NCBI GenBank assembly: GCA_963766275.1
Contig: CAVYAD010000043.1
Span: forward strand, 216,549 to 280,548
DNA length: 64,000 nt
Direction: 5' to 3'
Source: an uncultured Actinomycetota bacterium
GTDB taxonomy: Bacteria > Actinomycetota > Actinomycetes > Mycobacteriales > Pseudonocardiaceae
Made by a program: the position numbers and the translations under genes. Below the pieces are notes generated by a model. The model had not been told where the DNA came from. It made no database searches and saw nothing but the letters and a program-made list of their open reading frames with translations. This document shows, one piece after another, positions 28,447 through 38,072 of the stretch. How positions within the stretch are numbered: the first letter of the stretch is position 1; every line of letters begins with the position of its first letter.

Positions 28447-28481
28447 GTACCAGTATGCCAAATCTGGTACGGAAGTACCAG
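28447..28481. promoter_or_regulatory. Putative repressor operator over the MFS promoter
   Basis: GTACCAG (28447), CTGGTAC (28464), GTACCAG (28475) overlapping CATACT -10 located 7 nt before ATG. Confidence 0.45.
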
Positions 28482-28713
28482 GTTGGGTGCGCAGGGTCAC
28501 CTTGGTTGCGATTGGGTCACGGGAATGGGATGACCGGGTGAAACATGCAACGAAATCCCACGACACGAGGTCCTTGAGGGTGAAAGGACTTGAGCGTCAT
28601 GGGTGGTGACGTGCGAAAGTTGACTCATCACCCGAGACCAACCTCTGGCCTGAGGGTCGGGGCCTGCGCGCCAGAGGGATGGAAGGCACGGTTCGTCGGG
28701 GGATGGGCCGTGC

Positions 28714-28765
28714 AACACAAAGGACCGGTGCGCCACGTCGGGGGTGGCGCCCGGTCCTTTGTGTT
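28714..28765. terminator. Terminator downstream of crp
   Basis: AACACAAAGGACCGG(T)GCGCCAC / GTGGCGCCCGGTCCTTTGTGTT inverted repeat. Confidence 0.75.
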
Positions 28766-28783
28766 CTAAAACGAGCGCAGAAC

Positions 28784-29458
28784 CTAACGAGCGCGTCGTG
28801 CCAGGCGCTCGGGGTCCAGAATCAGCACGCTCTTGCCTTCGAGCCGCAGCCAGCCGCGGTGCGCGAAGTCGGCGAGCGCCTTGTTCACGGTCTCGCGGGA
28901 CGCGCCGACGAACTGGGCGATCTCCTCCTGCGTCAGGTCGTGCGTGACGCGGAGCAGACCGGCCTCCTGCGAGCCGAAGCGCTGTGCGAGCTGCAGCAAC
29001 GCCTTGGCCACGCGGCCGGGCACGTCCGTGAAGATCAGGTCGGCCAGCATCGAGTTCGTCCGGCGCAGCCTGCGGGCAAGTGCCCGGAGCAGCTGCTCGG
29101 CGATCTCGGGCCGGTTCGTGATCCACTGCCGGAGCGCGGGGCGGTCCATGGACACCGCGCGCACCTCGGTCACCGTCGTCGCAGTCGACGTGCGGGGGCC
29201 GGGATCGAAAATGGACAGTTCGCCGAACATGTCGGAGGGTCCGAAGATCCCCAACAGGTTCTCGCGGCCGTCCGGCGACTTGCGGCCGATCTTGACCTTG
29301 CCGGACTGGATGATGTACAGGCGATCGCCCGGCTCACCCTCCGCGAAGATCACGTGGCCACGCGGGAACTCCACCGACTCCAAGGTCGTCGCCAGAGCCT
29401 CTGCGGCTGCCGGGTCAACACCTTGGAAGATGCCCGCTCGCGCCAGGGTCTCGTCCAC
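28784..29458 (-). CDS. crp: cAMP receptor protein (Crp/GlxR)
   Basis: [15 protein letters not shown] cNMP pocket; [24 protein letters not shown]. Confidence 0.97.
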   Translation of the reverse strand: MDETLARAGIFQGVDPAAAEALATTLESVEFPRGHVIFAEGEPGDRLYIIQSGKVKIGRKSPDGRENLLGIFGPSDMFGELSIFDPGPRTSTATTVTEVRAVSMDRPALRQWITNRPEIAEQLLRALARRLRRTNSMLADLIFTDVPGRVAKALLQLAQRFGSQEAGLLRVTHDLTQEEIAQFVGASRETVNKALADFAHRGWLRLEGKSVLILDPERLARRAR

Positions 29459-29637
29459 CTCGTCCCTCCTAATCGACGCGACGGCACGCCTACCACCATC
29501 TTTGGTGGAGTCAGCGCCGTGCCGCCGATCACTGCAGTGCAGTCTAAGGGCTGCGTTGTGGATCGCCGCTCGGCTCGCCGTCTTACTAGGAACAACCTGC
29601 TGACTCGATCCAGAGCCCAGCGGGGCAGTTTACGGCA

Positions 29638-29877
29638 TCAGCGGACGCGCTTGCGCACCGCGCCACGGCCGCGACGACGAAGGCGGAACAGCTCCAGAGC
29701 ACGACCGATGCCGTGTCCGTAGAGCGCCTTGACCTCGTCGGGCCTCGCGGACTCCAGGAACTCCTCGACCTCGTTCTCCTGCACGGCCACGTGCCGGAGC
29801 CTCGCTTCGACGCGCTCCATGAAGAGCGCGAAGAACATGATGACGATCGGTACGACGATCACAAACCAGGCAGTCAT
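29638..29877 (-). CDS. Small membrane protein (Rv3675-like position)
   Basis: N-terminal [11 protein letters not shown], basic tail; lies between crp and nth. Confidence 0.75.
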   Translation of the reverse strand: MTAWFVIVVPIVIMFFALFMERVEARLRHVAVQENEVEEFLESARPDEVKALYGHGIGRALELFRLRRRGRGAVRKRVR

Positions 29878-29956
29878 GATGCTCCGAAGTGTGGCGCAAG
29901 TGGGATTCGAGTACGCGTCTAGGGGGTGGTTCCGGCGTGTTGACTACGCTGAATCA

Positions 29957-30721
29957 GTGCCCGCAACCAAGAAGCCGGAAACCAAACTCGGCCTGACCCG
30001 TAGGGCCCGCAGGATGGTGCGCACGCTTGCCGAGGGATACCCCGACGCCCACTGCGAGCTGGACTTCACCACGCCGCTCGAGCTGGTCGTGGCGGTCATT
30101 CTGTCCGCGCAGTGCACCGACAAGAAGGTCAACGAGGTCACTCCAGCCCTCTTCGCGAAGTACCCCACGGCCGCCGGCTACGCCGGAGCCGATCGGGTCG
30201 AACTCGAAGAGATGATCCGCCCGACCGGTTTCTTCCGGAACAAGGCGACGTCTCTGATGGGTCTCGGTGCTGCTCTGGTGGAGCAGTACGACGGTGTGGT
30301 TCCCGGCAGCATGGAGGAGCTGGTCAAGCTCCCCGGTGTAGGACGCAAGACGGCCAACGTGGTTCTCGGCAACGCGTTCGATGTGCCCGGCATCACAGTC
30401 GACACCCACTTCGGCCGGCTGGTGCGCCGGTGGGGGTGGACCGAGCTGGAGGACGCGGTCAAGGTCGAGCACGCGATCTGCGAGCTGATCGAGAAGCGCG
30501 ACTGGACCATGGCCTCGCACTGGATCGTCTTCCACGGCCGGCGCGTCTGCCACGCCAAAACGCCTGCGTGTGGCGCATGTCTGCTGATGAAGGACTGCCC
30601 TTCGTACGGCCTGGGTCCCGAGGATCCGGTGAAGGCCGAGAAGCTCGTGAAGGGCGACGAGAAACCGCACCTGATCGAGCTTGCCGACCGGGTCCGGGCC
30701 GGTGAGAAGCTTGTTGGGTGA
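29957..30721 (+). CDS. nth: Endonuclease III
   Basis: [18 protein letters not shown] HhH, VDTH, C-X6-C-X2-C-X5-C Fe-S motif; TACGCT 6 nt before GTG. Confidence 0.96.
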   Translation: MPATKKPETKLGLTRRARRMVRTLAEGYPDAHCELDFTTPLELVVAVILSAQCTDKKVNEVTPALFAKYPTAAGYAGADRVELEEMIRPTGFFRNKATSLMGLGAALVEQYDGVVPGSMEELVKLPGVGRKTANVVLGNAFDVPGITVDTHFGRLVRRWGWTELEDAVKVEHAICELIEKRDWTMASHWIVFHGRRVCHAKTPACGACLLMKDCPSYGLGPEDPVKAEKLVKGDEKPHLIELADRVRAGEKLVG

Positions 30722-31281
30722 GTAACCGCACCCGCTGGCTGGTCCTCGTGCTCGTCGTCGGCGTGGCCGGCATCGTGGCGCTGTGGCCGCGTGACCGAAC
30801 GCCGGAGCGGCAGCCGCAGTCGAACCGCCCGGCACAGGACGTGGTGGCCTTGCGCGCGCAGGCGCAGTTGAGGCCGTGCGTGCCGGGCGGCGCAGGTGGC
30901 GTCACGGTGACGTGCCTCGGCGACGGCACCCGGACGGACCTCGCGCTCAACGGACCGGTCCTGATCAACTTCTGGGCGACCTGGTGTCAGCCGTGCCAGG
31001 AGGAGCTGCCAGTGCTGGATTCCTACGCGAAGCAACCAGGCGCCGTCCCGGTCGTCCCAGTTCTTGTGGAGAGCCGGGAAGCCGACGGCCTCGAGCTGCT
31101 CGCCAAGCTCGGCGTGCGGCTGCCCTCGGTGTATGACGGTGCGGACGAGCTGCGCAAGCGTGTGAAGGCGCCGATGACGTTGCCCGCGACCTACTTCGTG
31201 GCCGCGGACGGCTCGGTCCGGCAGGTCACGGACCCGCCGTACTTCACGGCGCCCGAGCAGGTGGAGAAGGCGGTGCGATGA
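30718..31281 (+). CDS. TlpA-family membrane-anchored thioredoxin-like protein
   Basis: [20 protein letters not shown]. Confidence 0.92.
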   Translation: MSNRTRWLVLVLVVGVAGIVALWPRDRTPERQPQSNRPAQDVVALRAQAQLRPCVPGGAGGVTVTCLGDGTRTDLALNGPVLINFWATWCQPCQEELPVLDSYAKQPGAVPVVPVLVESREADGLELLAKLGVRLPSVYDGADELRKRVKAPMTLPATYFVAADGSVRQVTDPPYFTAPEQVEKAVR

Positions 31282-31931
31282 CCGACGCGGCAGAGCTTCC
31301 CGACTGGATGCAGCGCCTGGTCAAGGCGACCGAGGAGATCGACGCGCGCACGTTCACGCGGATCAGGCCACCCGCGGAGGGTGGCCGGGCCGCATCCGTG
31401 CTGATGCTGTTCGGCGAGGGCGAGTCCGGCCCGGACGTGTTGTTGCTGCTCCGGGCGGACACGCTGGGCTCGCATCCGGGCCAGGTCGCGTTCCCCGGCG
31501 GCGCCGCCGACCCGACCGACGACGGCCCGGTGGCCACCGCATTACGCGAGGCTTACGAGGAGACGGGTGTACTTGAGTCAGGAGTGAGACCGCTGGCCCT
31601 GCTGCCGGAGCTTTACGTACCGGTGTCCGGGTTCGTGGTGACCCCTGTGCTCGCTTATTGGGAACAGCCGAGCCCCGTTGCACCCGTCGACGCGGCGGAA
31701 ACCGCCGCCGTTGCGCGGGTTCCGGTCGCGCACCTCGCGGATCCTGCGAACAGGTTCCGGGTGCGGCACCCTGCGGGCTATGTCGGAGCTGCCTTCTCCG
31801 CACCGGGCATGTTGGTGTGGGGGTTCACCGCGGGACTGCTGAACGGCCTGATCGCGCTCGGCGGCTGGGAACAGCCGTGGGATGAGACCGATGTGCGCGA
31901 CCTTGAACTAGCGTTGCGCGCTACACAGTGA
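31278..31931 (+). CDS. CoA pyrophosphatase (NUDIX, Rv3672c-like)
   Basis: HPGQVAFPGG...ALREAYEETG, VWGFTA. Confidence 0.92.
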   Translation: MTDAAELPDWMQRLVKATEEIDARTFTRIRPPAEGGRAASVLMLFGEGESGPDVLLLLRADTLGSHPGQVAFPGGAADPTDDGPVATALREAYEETGVLESGVRPLALLPELYVPVSGFVVTPVLAYWEQPSPVAPVDAAETAAVARVPVAHLADPANRFRVRHPAGYVGAAFSAPGMLVWGFTAGLLNGLIALGGWEQPWDETDVRDLELALRATQ

Positions 31932-31946
31932 GGCGGAGGTTGTCGG

Positions 31947-33134
31947 TTGAACTGGGTTGACCTGCTCGTGCTGGGCCTTGCGACGATCGCGGCGATCTCG
32001 GGGGCCAGGCAGGGCATGGTCGTCGCGCTGCCCGCCTTCGTCGGTGTGCTCGTCGGCCTGATCCTCGGCACGCAGATCGCACCGCTCCTGGTGTCCCAGT
32101 TCGAGAACGTGGTGACCAAGGTCGTCTTCGCGGTCGGCATCGTCGTGCTGCTCGTGGCGCTCGGCGAGACCATCGGCGTCTACATCGGCCGCACTATCAA
32201 GGCGCGCGTGAACGCGTCGCCGTTGCGTGGCGCGGACAACGCTCTGGGCGCACTCGTCCAGGGCTTCGTCGTCTTCATCGTCGCCTGGATGATCGCGCTC
32301 CCGCTGACCTCGGTCGCAGGTCTGCCCGACCTCACCGCGTCGCTGAAGCAGTCGGTGATCCTCGGCAAGGTCAACGAGACCATGCCGCAGGCCGCTCGAG
32401 TGCTGTCGGAGGACCTGCAGAAGCTCTTCGACGTCTCGGGCTTCCCGCAGGCGATGGACCCGTTCAACCGCACGCCGCTCAAGGACGTCAGCCCGCCCGA
32501 CGGCGCGCTGGCGAACTCCCCGGTGGCGAACAAGCTGCGGTCCTCGGTGCTGAAGGTCCGCGGCCGCGCCCCCGCGTGCTCGCGCGCGCTGGAAGGCACC
32601 GGCTTCGTGATCGGCCCGGAGCGCGTGATGACCAACGCGCACGTCGTCGCGGGCACCAACGAGGTGACCGTCGAGGTCGGGCGCGGCCAGTTCGACGCGA
32701 CCGTCGTGCACTACGACCCGAAGGTCGACGTCGCGATCCTCGCGGTGCCGGACCTGGAGGCCGCGCCGCTGCAGTTCCGTTCCGACGAGGTGCAGGCGGG
32801 CGAGGACGGCATCGTGCTCGGCTACCCGCTCGACGGCCCGTACAAGGCGTCGCCCGCTCGTGTGCGGGAGCGCATCCCGCTGCTGCGCGGCCCGGACATC
32901 TACGACGCGCAGACCGTCACCCGTGACGTCTACACGGTTCGTGCCGAGGTCCGTTCCGGCAACTCCGGCGGGCCGCTGGTCGACCCGGCCGGGCGCGTGA
33001 TGGGCGTCGTGTTCGGTGCCGCGGTCGACGACCCGGAGACCGGCTTCGTGCTCACCGCGCAGCAGGTGCAGCAGATCGTGCAGAAGGCGCCGACGATGAC
33101 CCGCCGCGCTTCGACGCAGGGCTGCGCCTCCTAG
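31947..33134 (+). CDS. marP: MarP-family membrane serine protease (CvpA + trypsin domains)
   Basis: MNWVDL N-terminal TMs, TNAHVV, GNSGGP. Confidence 0.92.
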   Translation: MNWVDLLVLGLATIAAISGARQGMVVALPAFVGVLVGLILGTQIAPLLVSQFENVVTKVVFAVGIVVLLVALGETIGVYIGRTIKARVNASPLRGADNALGALVQGFVVFIVAWMIALPLTSVAGLPDLTASLKQSVILGKVNETMPQAARVLSEDLQKLFDVSGFPQAMDPFNRTPLKDVSPPDGALANSPVANKLRSSVLKVRGRAPACSRALEGTGFVIGPERVMTNAHVVAGTNEVTVEVGRGQFDATVVHYDPKVDVAILAVPDLEAAPLQFRSDEVQAGEDGIVLGYPLDGPYKASPARVRERIPLLRGPDIYDAQTVTRDVYTVRAEVRSGNSGGPLVDPAGRVMGVVFGAAVDDPETGFVLTAQQVQQIVQKAPTMTRRASTQGCAS

Positions 33135-33140
33135 AGATTG

Positions 33141-33187
33141 ACGAAGGGCGCTTTTGTCCACCTGAGGTTGACAAAAGCGCCCTTCGT
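33141..33187. terminator. 18-bp perfect inverted repeat between convergent genes
   Basis: ACGAAGGGCGCTTTTGTC...GACAAAAGCGCCCTTCGT. Confidence 0.75.
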
Positions 33188-33195
33188 AAACGTGC

Positions 33196-33891
33196 TCAGA
33201 GGTTGTGGCGGGCGGCGATGCCGTCCAGCACGTAGTCCAGGCCTGAGTCGAACACCTGCGCGGGCTCACGGTCGCCTGCGTCGAAGACGACCTTGGTGAG
33301 CATCGGGAACCGGCCGGTGGCGAGCATCCGCTCCATGTACGGACCGGACGCGCGCTGCCACTGCTCCTCGGTCATGCCGGTGGACCGTTCCGCGCGGAGT
33401 TCGGTGATCTCGCTGCGAACGGCGCCGTAGACGTACGCCATCACGGTCCCGACCGCGCCGAGTACCTCGTCGATGTTCTCGAAGCGGACCGTGGCGAGCG
33501 TGGTCTCCATGTGCGCGTACGAGTTGGGGCCCTGGTGCGGCCGGCCACCGACCAGGTCGATGAACCACTCGTGCCTTTTCGCCGCGTCACGGATGCCGTG
33601 CGCGACGTGCCGAAGTCCCGCGCGCCAGTCCGCTGACTCCGATGGCGGCGTGATCTCGCCGTACACGAAGTCGACCATGAGGTCGAGCAGCTCGTCCTTG
33701 GTCTCGATGTAGCCGTAGAGGCGCATCGGGCCGGCGTTCAGCGCGGCGGCGACCTTGCGCAACGACACCTCGTCCAGCCCGCCCTCGTCGGCGAGCCTGA
33801 TCGCGGCGCCCACGATCAAATCCCTGCTCAACGGGGTCGGCGACGGCTTACTGGGCGGCTCTGGGCGGTCCCACACGGTCTCGTTCGGCAT
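33196..33891 (-). CDS. TetR/AcrR family regulator (TetR_C type)
   Basis: LSRDLIVGAAIRLADEGGLDEVSLRKVAAALNAGPMRLYGY HTH; FDSGLDYVLDGI. Confidence 0.93.
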   Translation of the reverse strand: MPNETVWDRPEPPSKPSPTPLSRDLIVGAAIRLADEGGLDEVSLRKVAAALNAGPMRLYGYIETKDELLDLMVDFVYGEITPPSESADWRAGLRHVAHGIRDAAKRHEWFIDLVGGRPHQGPNSYAHMETTLATVRFENIDEVLGAVGTVMAYVYGAVRSEITELRAERSTGMTEEQWQRASGPYMERMLATGRFPMLTKVVFDAGDREPAQVFDSGLDYVLDGIAARHNL

Positions 33892-33900
33892 CGGGCTGGA

Positions 33901-33950
33901 CAATACACCGTCTCATTGCGATACAGTGTATCGAGCGATACGGCGTATTG
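33901..33950. promoter_or_regulatory. Three tandem TetR operator-like palindromes
   Basis: CAATACaccGTCTCA, CGATACagtGTATCG, CGATACggcGTATTG in the divergent intergenic region. Confidence 0.7.
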
Positions 33951-33960
33951 GGAGGATGCG

Positions 33961-35445
33961 ATGAAGACTTCGGTGTTGGTGGTGGGCGGGGGATTGGCGG
34001 GGACGTCGGCCGCGCTGTTCCTGGCGTGGCGCGGGGTGCAGGTGACGTTGGTGGAGAAGCATCCGAGCAGCTCACCGCACCCGCGAGCGGTCGGCTTCAC
34101 GGCGCGGACGGGCGAGTTGCTGCGCGCGGCGGGGCTGGAGGACGGGTTGCCGCCGAGCCGGATGGCGAATGGCTTCGGCATCCGGCGGGTCCGGGTGGCA
34201 AGCCTGGTCGGGGAGCGGTTCGAGGAGACCTTCTGGTCGCCACCGGCCGAGGTGTCCCAGGTCGAGTACTCGCCCTGCGCGGGCATCGGGGTGGCCCAGG
34301 ACAGGATGGAACCGATCCTGCGCGACAAGGCCCGTGAGCTCGGCGCGGACATCCGCATGAGCACCCGGATGCTGGAGTTCTCCCAGGATGAGGAGGGCGT
34401 CACGGCGATCGTCCGAGGTGACGGCGAGCCGTACGAGATCCGGGCCGACTACCTGATCGCGGCGGACGGCCACCGCAGCCCGGTCCGGGAGACGCTCGGC
34501 ATCACCCGCGGCGGGCGCGGCTACCTGCACACCTCTCGCAGCGTGCTGTTCCGTGCCCCGCTGGAGGAGTACCTGAAGGACGGGATCGGCCAGTTCATCG
34601 TCGACGGCGTCGGCTTCCTGACCACTTACGGCGACGGTCGCTGGGTCCTGATGCTCGACGACCGCGAGTACGACGAGCCCGAACTACGGCAGAAGATCTT
34701 CCAGGCCATCGGCCGCGACGACCTGGACGTCGAGATCATCACCACCGGTCGCTGGACGATCTCCGCAGCCGTCGCGGACCAGTTCTCGGCGGGCCGGATC
34801 TTCCTGGCGGGCGACGCCGCGCACACGTTGCCGCCGAGCCGCGGCGGGTTCGGGGCGAACGTCGGCATCGAGGACGCGCACAACCTGGCCTGGAAGCTCG
34901 CCGCCGTGCTGACCGGCGAGTCACGACCGTCCCTGTTGGACACCTACGACGCGGAACGGCGCCCGGTCGCAACCCTGTGCCACCAGCAGATCTTCGCGCG
35001 CAACGACGGCCACAACCGCGACGGCGAGCCGGAGGACGCGCCGCTGATCGACAACAACGCGATGCACTACGGCGTCCTCTACCGCTCGAACGCGGTGCTC
35101 GGCGCGGGCCCGGACCTGCCGCCCGCGCAACTCCCCGAGCAGTGGAACGGCCAGCCTGGCACGCGGGCCCCACACGTGTGGATCGCACCGGGAAAGTCCA
35201 CTTTGGATCTCTTCCAACGGGGCTGGGTGCTCGTCGCGGACCACCCCCAGTGGGAGGAGGCGGCGAACGACCTCGGCATCCGGTACGAACGGGTCGAGCA
35301 ACTGGACGTCTTCGGGCTGTCCGCGAAGGGTGCTTCGCTCGTGCGGCCCGACGGCTACATCGCGTGGCGGGCGCCGGAACTCCCGGACGACCCGGCCGAA
35401 GCACTGAAAGCCGCGTTCAGCCGGTCTTCCGCAGGAACTCGGTGA
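33961..35445 (+). CDS. FAD-dependent aromatic monooxygenase (RdmE/PheA family)
   Basis: VVGGGLAG, YLIAADG, FLAGDAAH, EDAHNLAWKL, VRPDGYIAWR; RBS GGAGG. Confidence 0.92.
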   Translation: MKTSVLVVGGGLAGTSAALFLAWRGVQVTLVEKHPSSSPHPRAVGFTARTGELLRAAGLEDGLPPSRMANGFGIRRVRVASLVGERFEETFWSPPAEVSQVEYSPCAGIGVAQDRMEPILRDKARELGADIRMSTRMLEFSQDEEGVTAIVRGDGEPYEIRADYLIAADGHRSPVRETLGITRGGRGYLHTSRSVLFRAPLEEYLKDGIGQFIVDGVGFLTTYGDGRWVLMLDDREYDEPELRQKIFQAIGRDDLDVEIITTGRWTISAAVADQFSAGRIFLAGDAAHTLPPSRGGFGANVGIEDAHNLAWKLAAVLTGESRPSLLDTYDAERRPVATLCHQQIFARNDGHNRDGEPEDAPLIDNNAMHYGVLYRSNAVLGAGPDLPPAQLPEQWNGQPGTRAPHVWIAPGKSTLDLFQRGWVLVADHPQWEEAANDLGIRYERVEQLDVFGLSAKGASLVRPDGYIAWRAPELPDDPAEALKAAFSRSSAGTR

Positions 35446-36334
35446 GCAGCCTGCTCGTGGTGTGCGGCGCTTCCTGGTTCGGGAAGTGCCCCACCTCGGG
35501 CAGCGAACGGAACTCCGACCCGGCGCCGAGCCACGGCCGCGACTCGCGAGCCGTCGACTCCAGCATCATCGGGTCGAGCGCGCCGTGGATCTGCAGCACC
35601 GGCACCGGCATCGGCTTGTCGATGGCCTCGGCGAACCGGCGGCCGTCGCTGCGGAGCTGGGATCGCACGGCCCAGCGGTAGTACTCCATCGCGCTGTGGG
35701 CGACGCCCTGCACCAGCATCGCCTGCCGGCAGCGGCGGATGACCTCGTCGAACTCCGGCGCCGAGCGGTACTTCGGCCCCGACCACGCGGAGAGCAACTT
35801 GGCGACCTGCAGGCCGTTCTCGCCGGTCAGCCAGCGTTCCGGGTAGATGGGCAGCTGGAAGCGCAGCACGTGGGAGTTCATCCGGGACGGTCGGCGGAAC
35901 GAGCGGCGCAACGCCAGCGGATGGGGTGCGGACAGCGCGGAGATCGACGTGACCAGGCGTGGATGCATGGCGCCGACCGTCCACGCCAGCAGGCCGCCCC
36001 ACGCGTGGCCCACCAGGTGCGCGCGTTGGGCGCCGAGCGCCTTGACCAGGCCGGCGACGTCACCCGCGAGCGTGAACCCGTCGTAGCCGCGAGGGGGTTT
36101 GTCCGAGTCGCCGTAGCCGCGCAGGTCGACCGCCACCGCGCGGTAACCGGCCTCGGCGAGCGAGGTCAGCTGGTGCCGCCACGACCACCAGAACTCGGGG
36201 AACCCGTGCAGGAGCAGCACGAGCGGTCCCTCGCCGAGCTCGGCGACGTGCAGGCGGATGCCGTTGGCCGAGACGTCGCGGTGCGTCCACGGTCCCGCGA
36301 CCCGCACCACCGACGGGTCGGGCTTGCGGCTCAG
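35417..36334 (-). CDS. Alpha/beta hydrolase (epoxide hydrolase EphE-like); start uncertain (CTG 36334 or GTG 36310)
   Basis: LLHGFPEFWWSWR, DLRGYG, GHAWGG, GHF. Confidence 0.88.
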   Translation of the reverse strand: MSRKPDPSVVRVAGPWTHRDVSANGIRLHVAELGEGPLVLLLHGFPEFWWSWRHQLTSLAEAGYRAVAVDLRGYGDSDKPPRGYDGFTLAGDVAGLVKALGAQRAHLVGHAWGGLLAWTVGAMHPRLVTSISALSAPHPLALRRSFRRPSRMNSHVLRFQLPIYPERWLTGENGLQVAKLLSAWSGPKYRSAPEFDEVIRRCRQAMLVQGVAHSAMEYYRWAVRSQLRSDGRRFAEAIDKPMPVPVLQIHGALDPMMLESTARESRPWLGAGSEFRSLPEVGHFPNQEAPHTTSRLLTEFLRKTG

Positions 36335-36771
36335 TTGTCGTCGCCCCGGTTGCGCAGGGCGGCGACGGTGTCCCTGGCCGCCGCGATCGACTTCTCCGGC
36401 GCCCTGATCTTCTTGACCTTGCGCCAGCCCAGGAAGCCGAAGAGGACCGCGGTCAGCAGCATCAGGCCGAACACGATCCCGAACCCGGCAGACGGCCACC
36501 AGTCGAACAGGTCGGAGATCAAGAACGCGAGTGCCATGAACATGAAGAACAGGCTGAACAGCAGCACCGTCAGCGCGATGATGAAGAAGACGCTGCCCTT
36601 GACGCCCTTCTTGACCGAGTCGGCGATCTCGCCCTTGGCGAGCTCGACCTCTGCTCTGATCAGGGTGGAGACCTGCGTGGTCGCGTCACGGACCAGGCCG
36701 CCGATCGACGCCTCGGCGGTCGGGTCGTCTGCGGTCAGCGGAATCGACGCGATGTGCTCCCTGGTGGTCAC
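36331..36771 (-). CDS. Actinobacterial holin-X-like membrane protein (Rv3669-like)
   Basis: SIGGLVRDATTQVSTLIRAEVELAKGE plus two TMs. Confidence 0.88.
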   Translation of the reverse strand: MTTREHIASIPLTADDPTAEASIGGLVRDATTQVSTLIRAEVELAKGEIADSVKKGVKGSVFFIIALTVLLFSLFFMFMALAFLISDLFDWWPSAGFGIVFGLMLLTAVLFGFLGWRKVKKIRAPEKSIAAARDTVAALRNRGDDN

Positions 36772-37934
36772 CCGGACATCGTGCCATGTGCTCGGCTGCG
36801 ACGAATGAGCAACACCGCGGCGAGCAGCGACGCGATCATCGACGCGATCAGCACGGCCGCCTTCGCGGTCTCAGGCTCGGCCAGCGACAGGTCCGCGATC
36901 AGCAGGCTCACCGTGAACCCGACCCCGCCCAGCACCGCCACCGCGATGATGTCCCGCGGCCCCGCCCCCGACGGCCAGACCGCCGCCTTGAACCACACCG
37001 CGAGCGCCGACGCGCCCACGATCCCGATCACCTTGCCGACGACCAGCCCCGCGATCACCCCGATGGCGATCTTGTCCGCGAAGAGCTTCCCGAACGCCTC
37101 GGCACCCACCGGCACCCCCGCCGCGAACAGTGCGAACACCGGCACCGCCACACCCGCAGACCACGGCTGAATCCGGTGCTCAAGTCGCACGGCCGGTGCT
37201 TCCTGCTCGTACGGGTCGCGGCGCACCCGAGTCAGCAGTGCCAGCGCGACGCCCGCGATCGTGGCGTGGATGCCCGACTCGTGCATGAACCACCACGTCG
37301 CGAGCACGATCGGCACATAGGCGAACGGCGTAGTGATCCTCTTGTGCTGCAGGAACCAGTACAGCGCCAGCAGCAGGATCACGGCCCCGACGGCGAGCAG
37401 GTTGAACTTCGCCGTGAACAGGATCGCGATCACCACGATCGCACCGAGGTCGTCCACGACCGCGAGCGACAGCAGGAACACCCGCAGACTCGACGGCAAC
37501 CCGGACCCGGTCAACGCCAGCACGCCCAACGCGAACGCGATGTCCGTCGCCACCGGGATCGCCCACGCCTTCTCGATCCCCGGCTGTCCCCAGCCGATCG
37601 ACAACGCGACCAACGCGGGCACGACCATCCCTCCGATCGCCGCGACGACCGGCAGGGTCGCGGCCTTCGCGTTCGACAGCTCCCCCACGACGAGTTCGCG
37701 CTTCAGTTCAAGCCCTGCGACGAAGAAGAAGATGGCGAGCAGCCCGTCCTTGGCCCAGTCTCCGACGGTCAACGGCCCGAGGTGCAGATCGCGTAGTCCG
37801 AGGTAGGCGGGCGCCCACGGAGAGTTCGCCCACAACAAGGCGATGGCGGTGGCCCCGAGCAGCACCATGCCACCGACGGTTTCCGTGCGGAGGTAGCGGG
37901 CGAACTCGGCGACAACAGCCTTCTGGCGTGACAA
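36768..37934 (-). CDS. nhaA: Na+/H+ antiporter NhaA
   Basis: DGLLAIFFFVAGLELKRE, WAIPVATDIAFA, LAVVDDLGA, GVGFTVSL; TTG start after AGGAG. Confidence 0.94.
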   Translation of the reverse strand: MSRQKAVVAEFARYLRTETVGGMVLLGATAIALLWANSPWAPAYLGLRDLHLGPLTVGDWAKDGLLAIFFFVAGLELKRELVVGELSNAKAATLPVVAAIGGMVVPALVALSIGWGQPGIEKAWAIPVATDIAFALGVLALTGSGLPSSLRVFLLSLAVVDDLGAIVVIAILFTAKFNLLAVGAVILLLALYWFLQHKRITTPFAYVPIVLATWWFMHESGIHATIAGVALALLTRVRRDPYEQEAPAVRLEHRIQPWSAGVAVPVFALFAAGVPVGAEAFGKLFADKIAIGVIAGLVVGKVIGIVGASALAVWFKAAVWPSGAGPRDIIAVAVLGGVGFTVSLLIADLSLAEPETAKAAVLIASMIASLLAAVLLIRRSRAHGTMSG

Positions 37935-38001
37935 CAGGTCTCCTGGGGCGTTCGGCGGGTACAGCGATACTCGCGCCGACCAGACTTCCCGGCTCACCTG
38001 G
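37935..38001 (-). promoter_or_regulatory. Candidate cis-regulatory RNA (possible cation riboswitch) in nhaA 5' UTR
   Basis: TAGGAT -10 at 38012-38007; leader GGUGAGCCGGGAAGUCUGGUCGGCG with alternative stems. Confidence 0.45.
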
Positions 38002-38018
38002 ATGCGATCCTAACGCGA

Positions 38019-38046
38019 ACGGGCGCCCTCCGAAGAGGACGCCCGT
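38019..38046 (-). terminator. acs terminator
   Basis: ACGGGCGUCCUC-UUCG-GAGGGCGCCCGU on the minus strand; the G-U pair forms only on minus. Confidence 0.75.
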
Positions 38047-38072
38047 CACGTTTACGCAGATCAATGGAGGGA

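Noticed and set aside
28497-28628. 43-aa minus-strand ORF downstream of crp
   Set aside because: No RBS, poor codon bias, lies beyond the crp terminator
36331-36771. Holin-like gene as evidence of a prophage
   Set aside because: Conserved chromosomal actinobacterial membrane protein; no phage genes nearby
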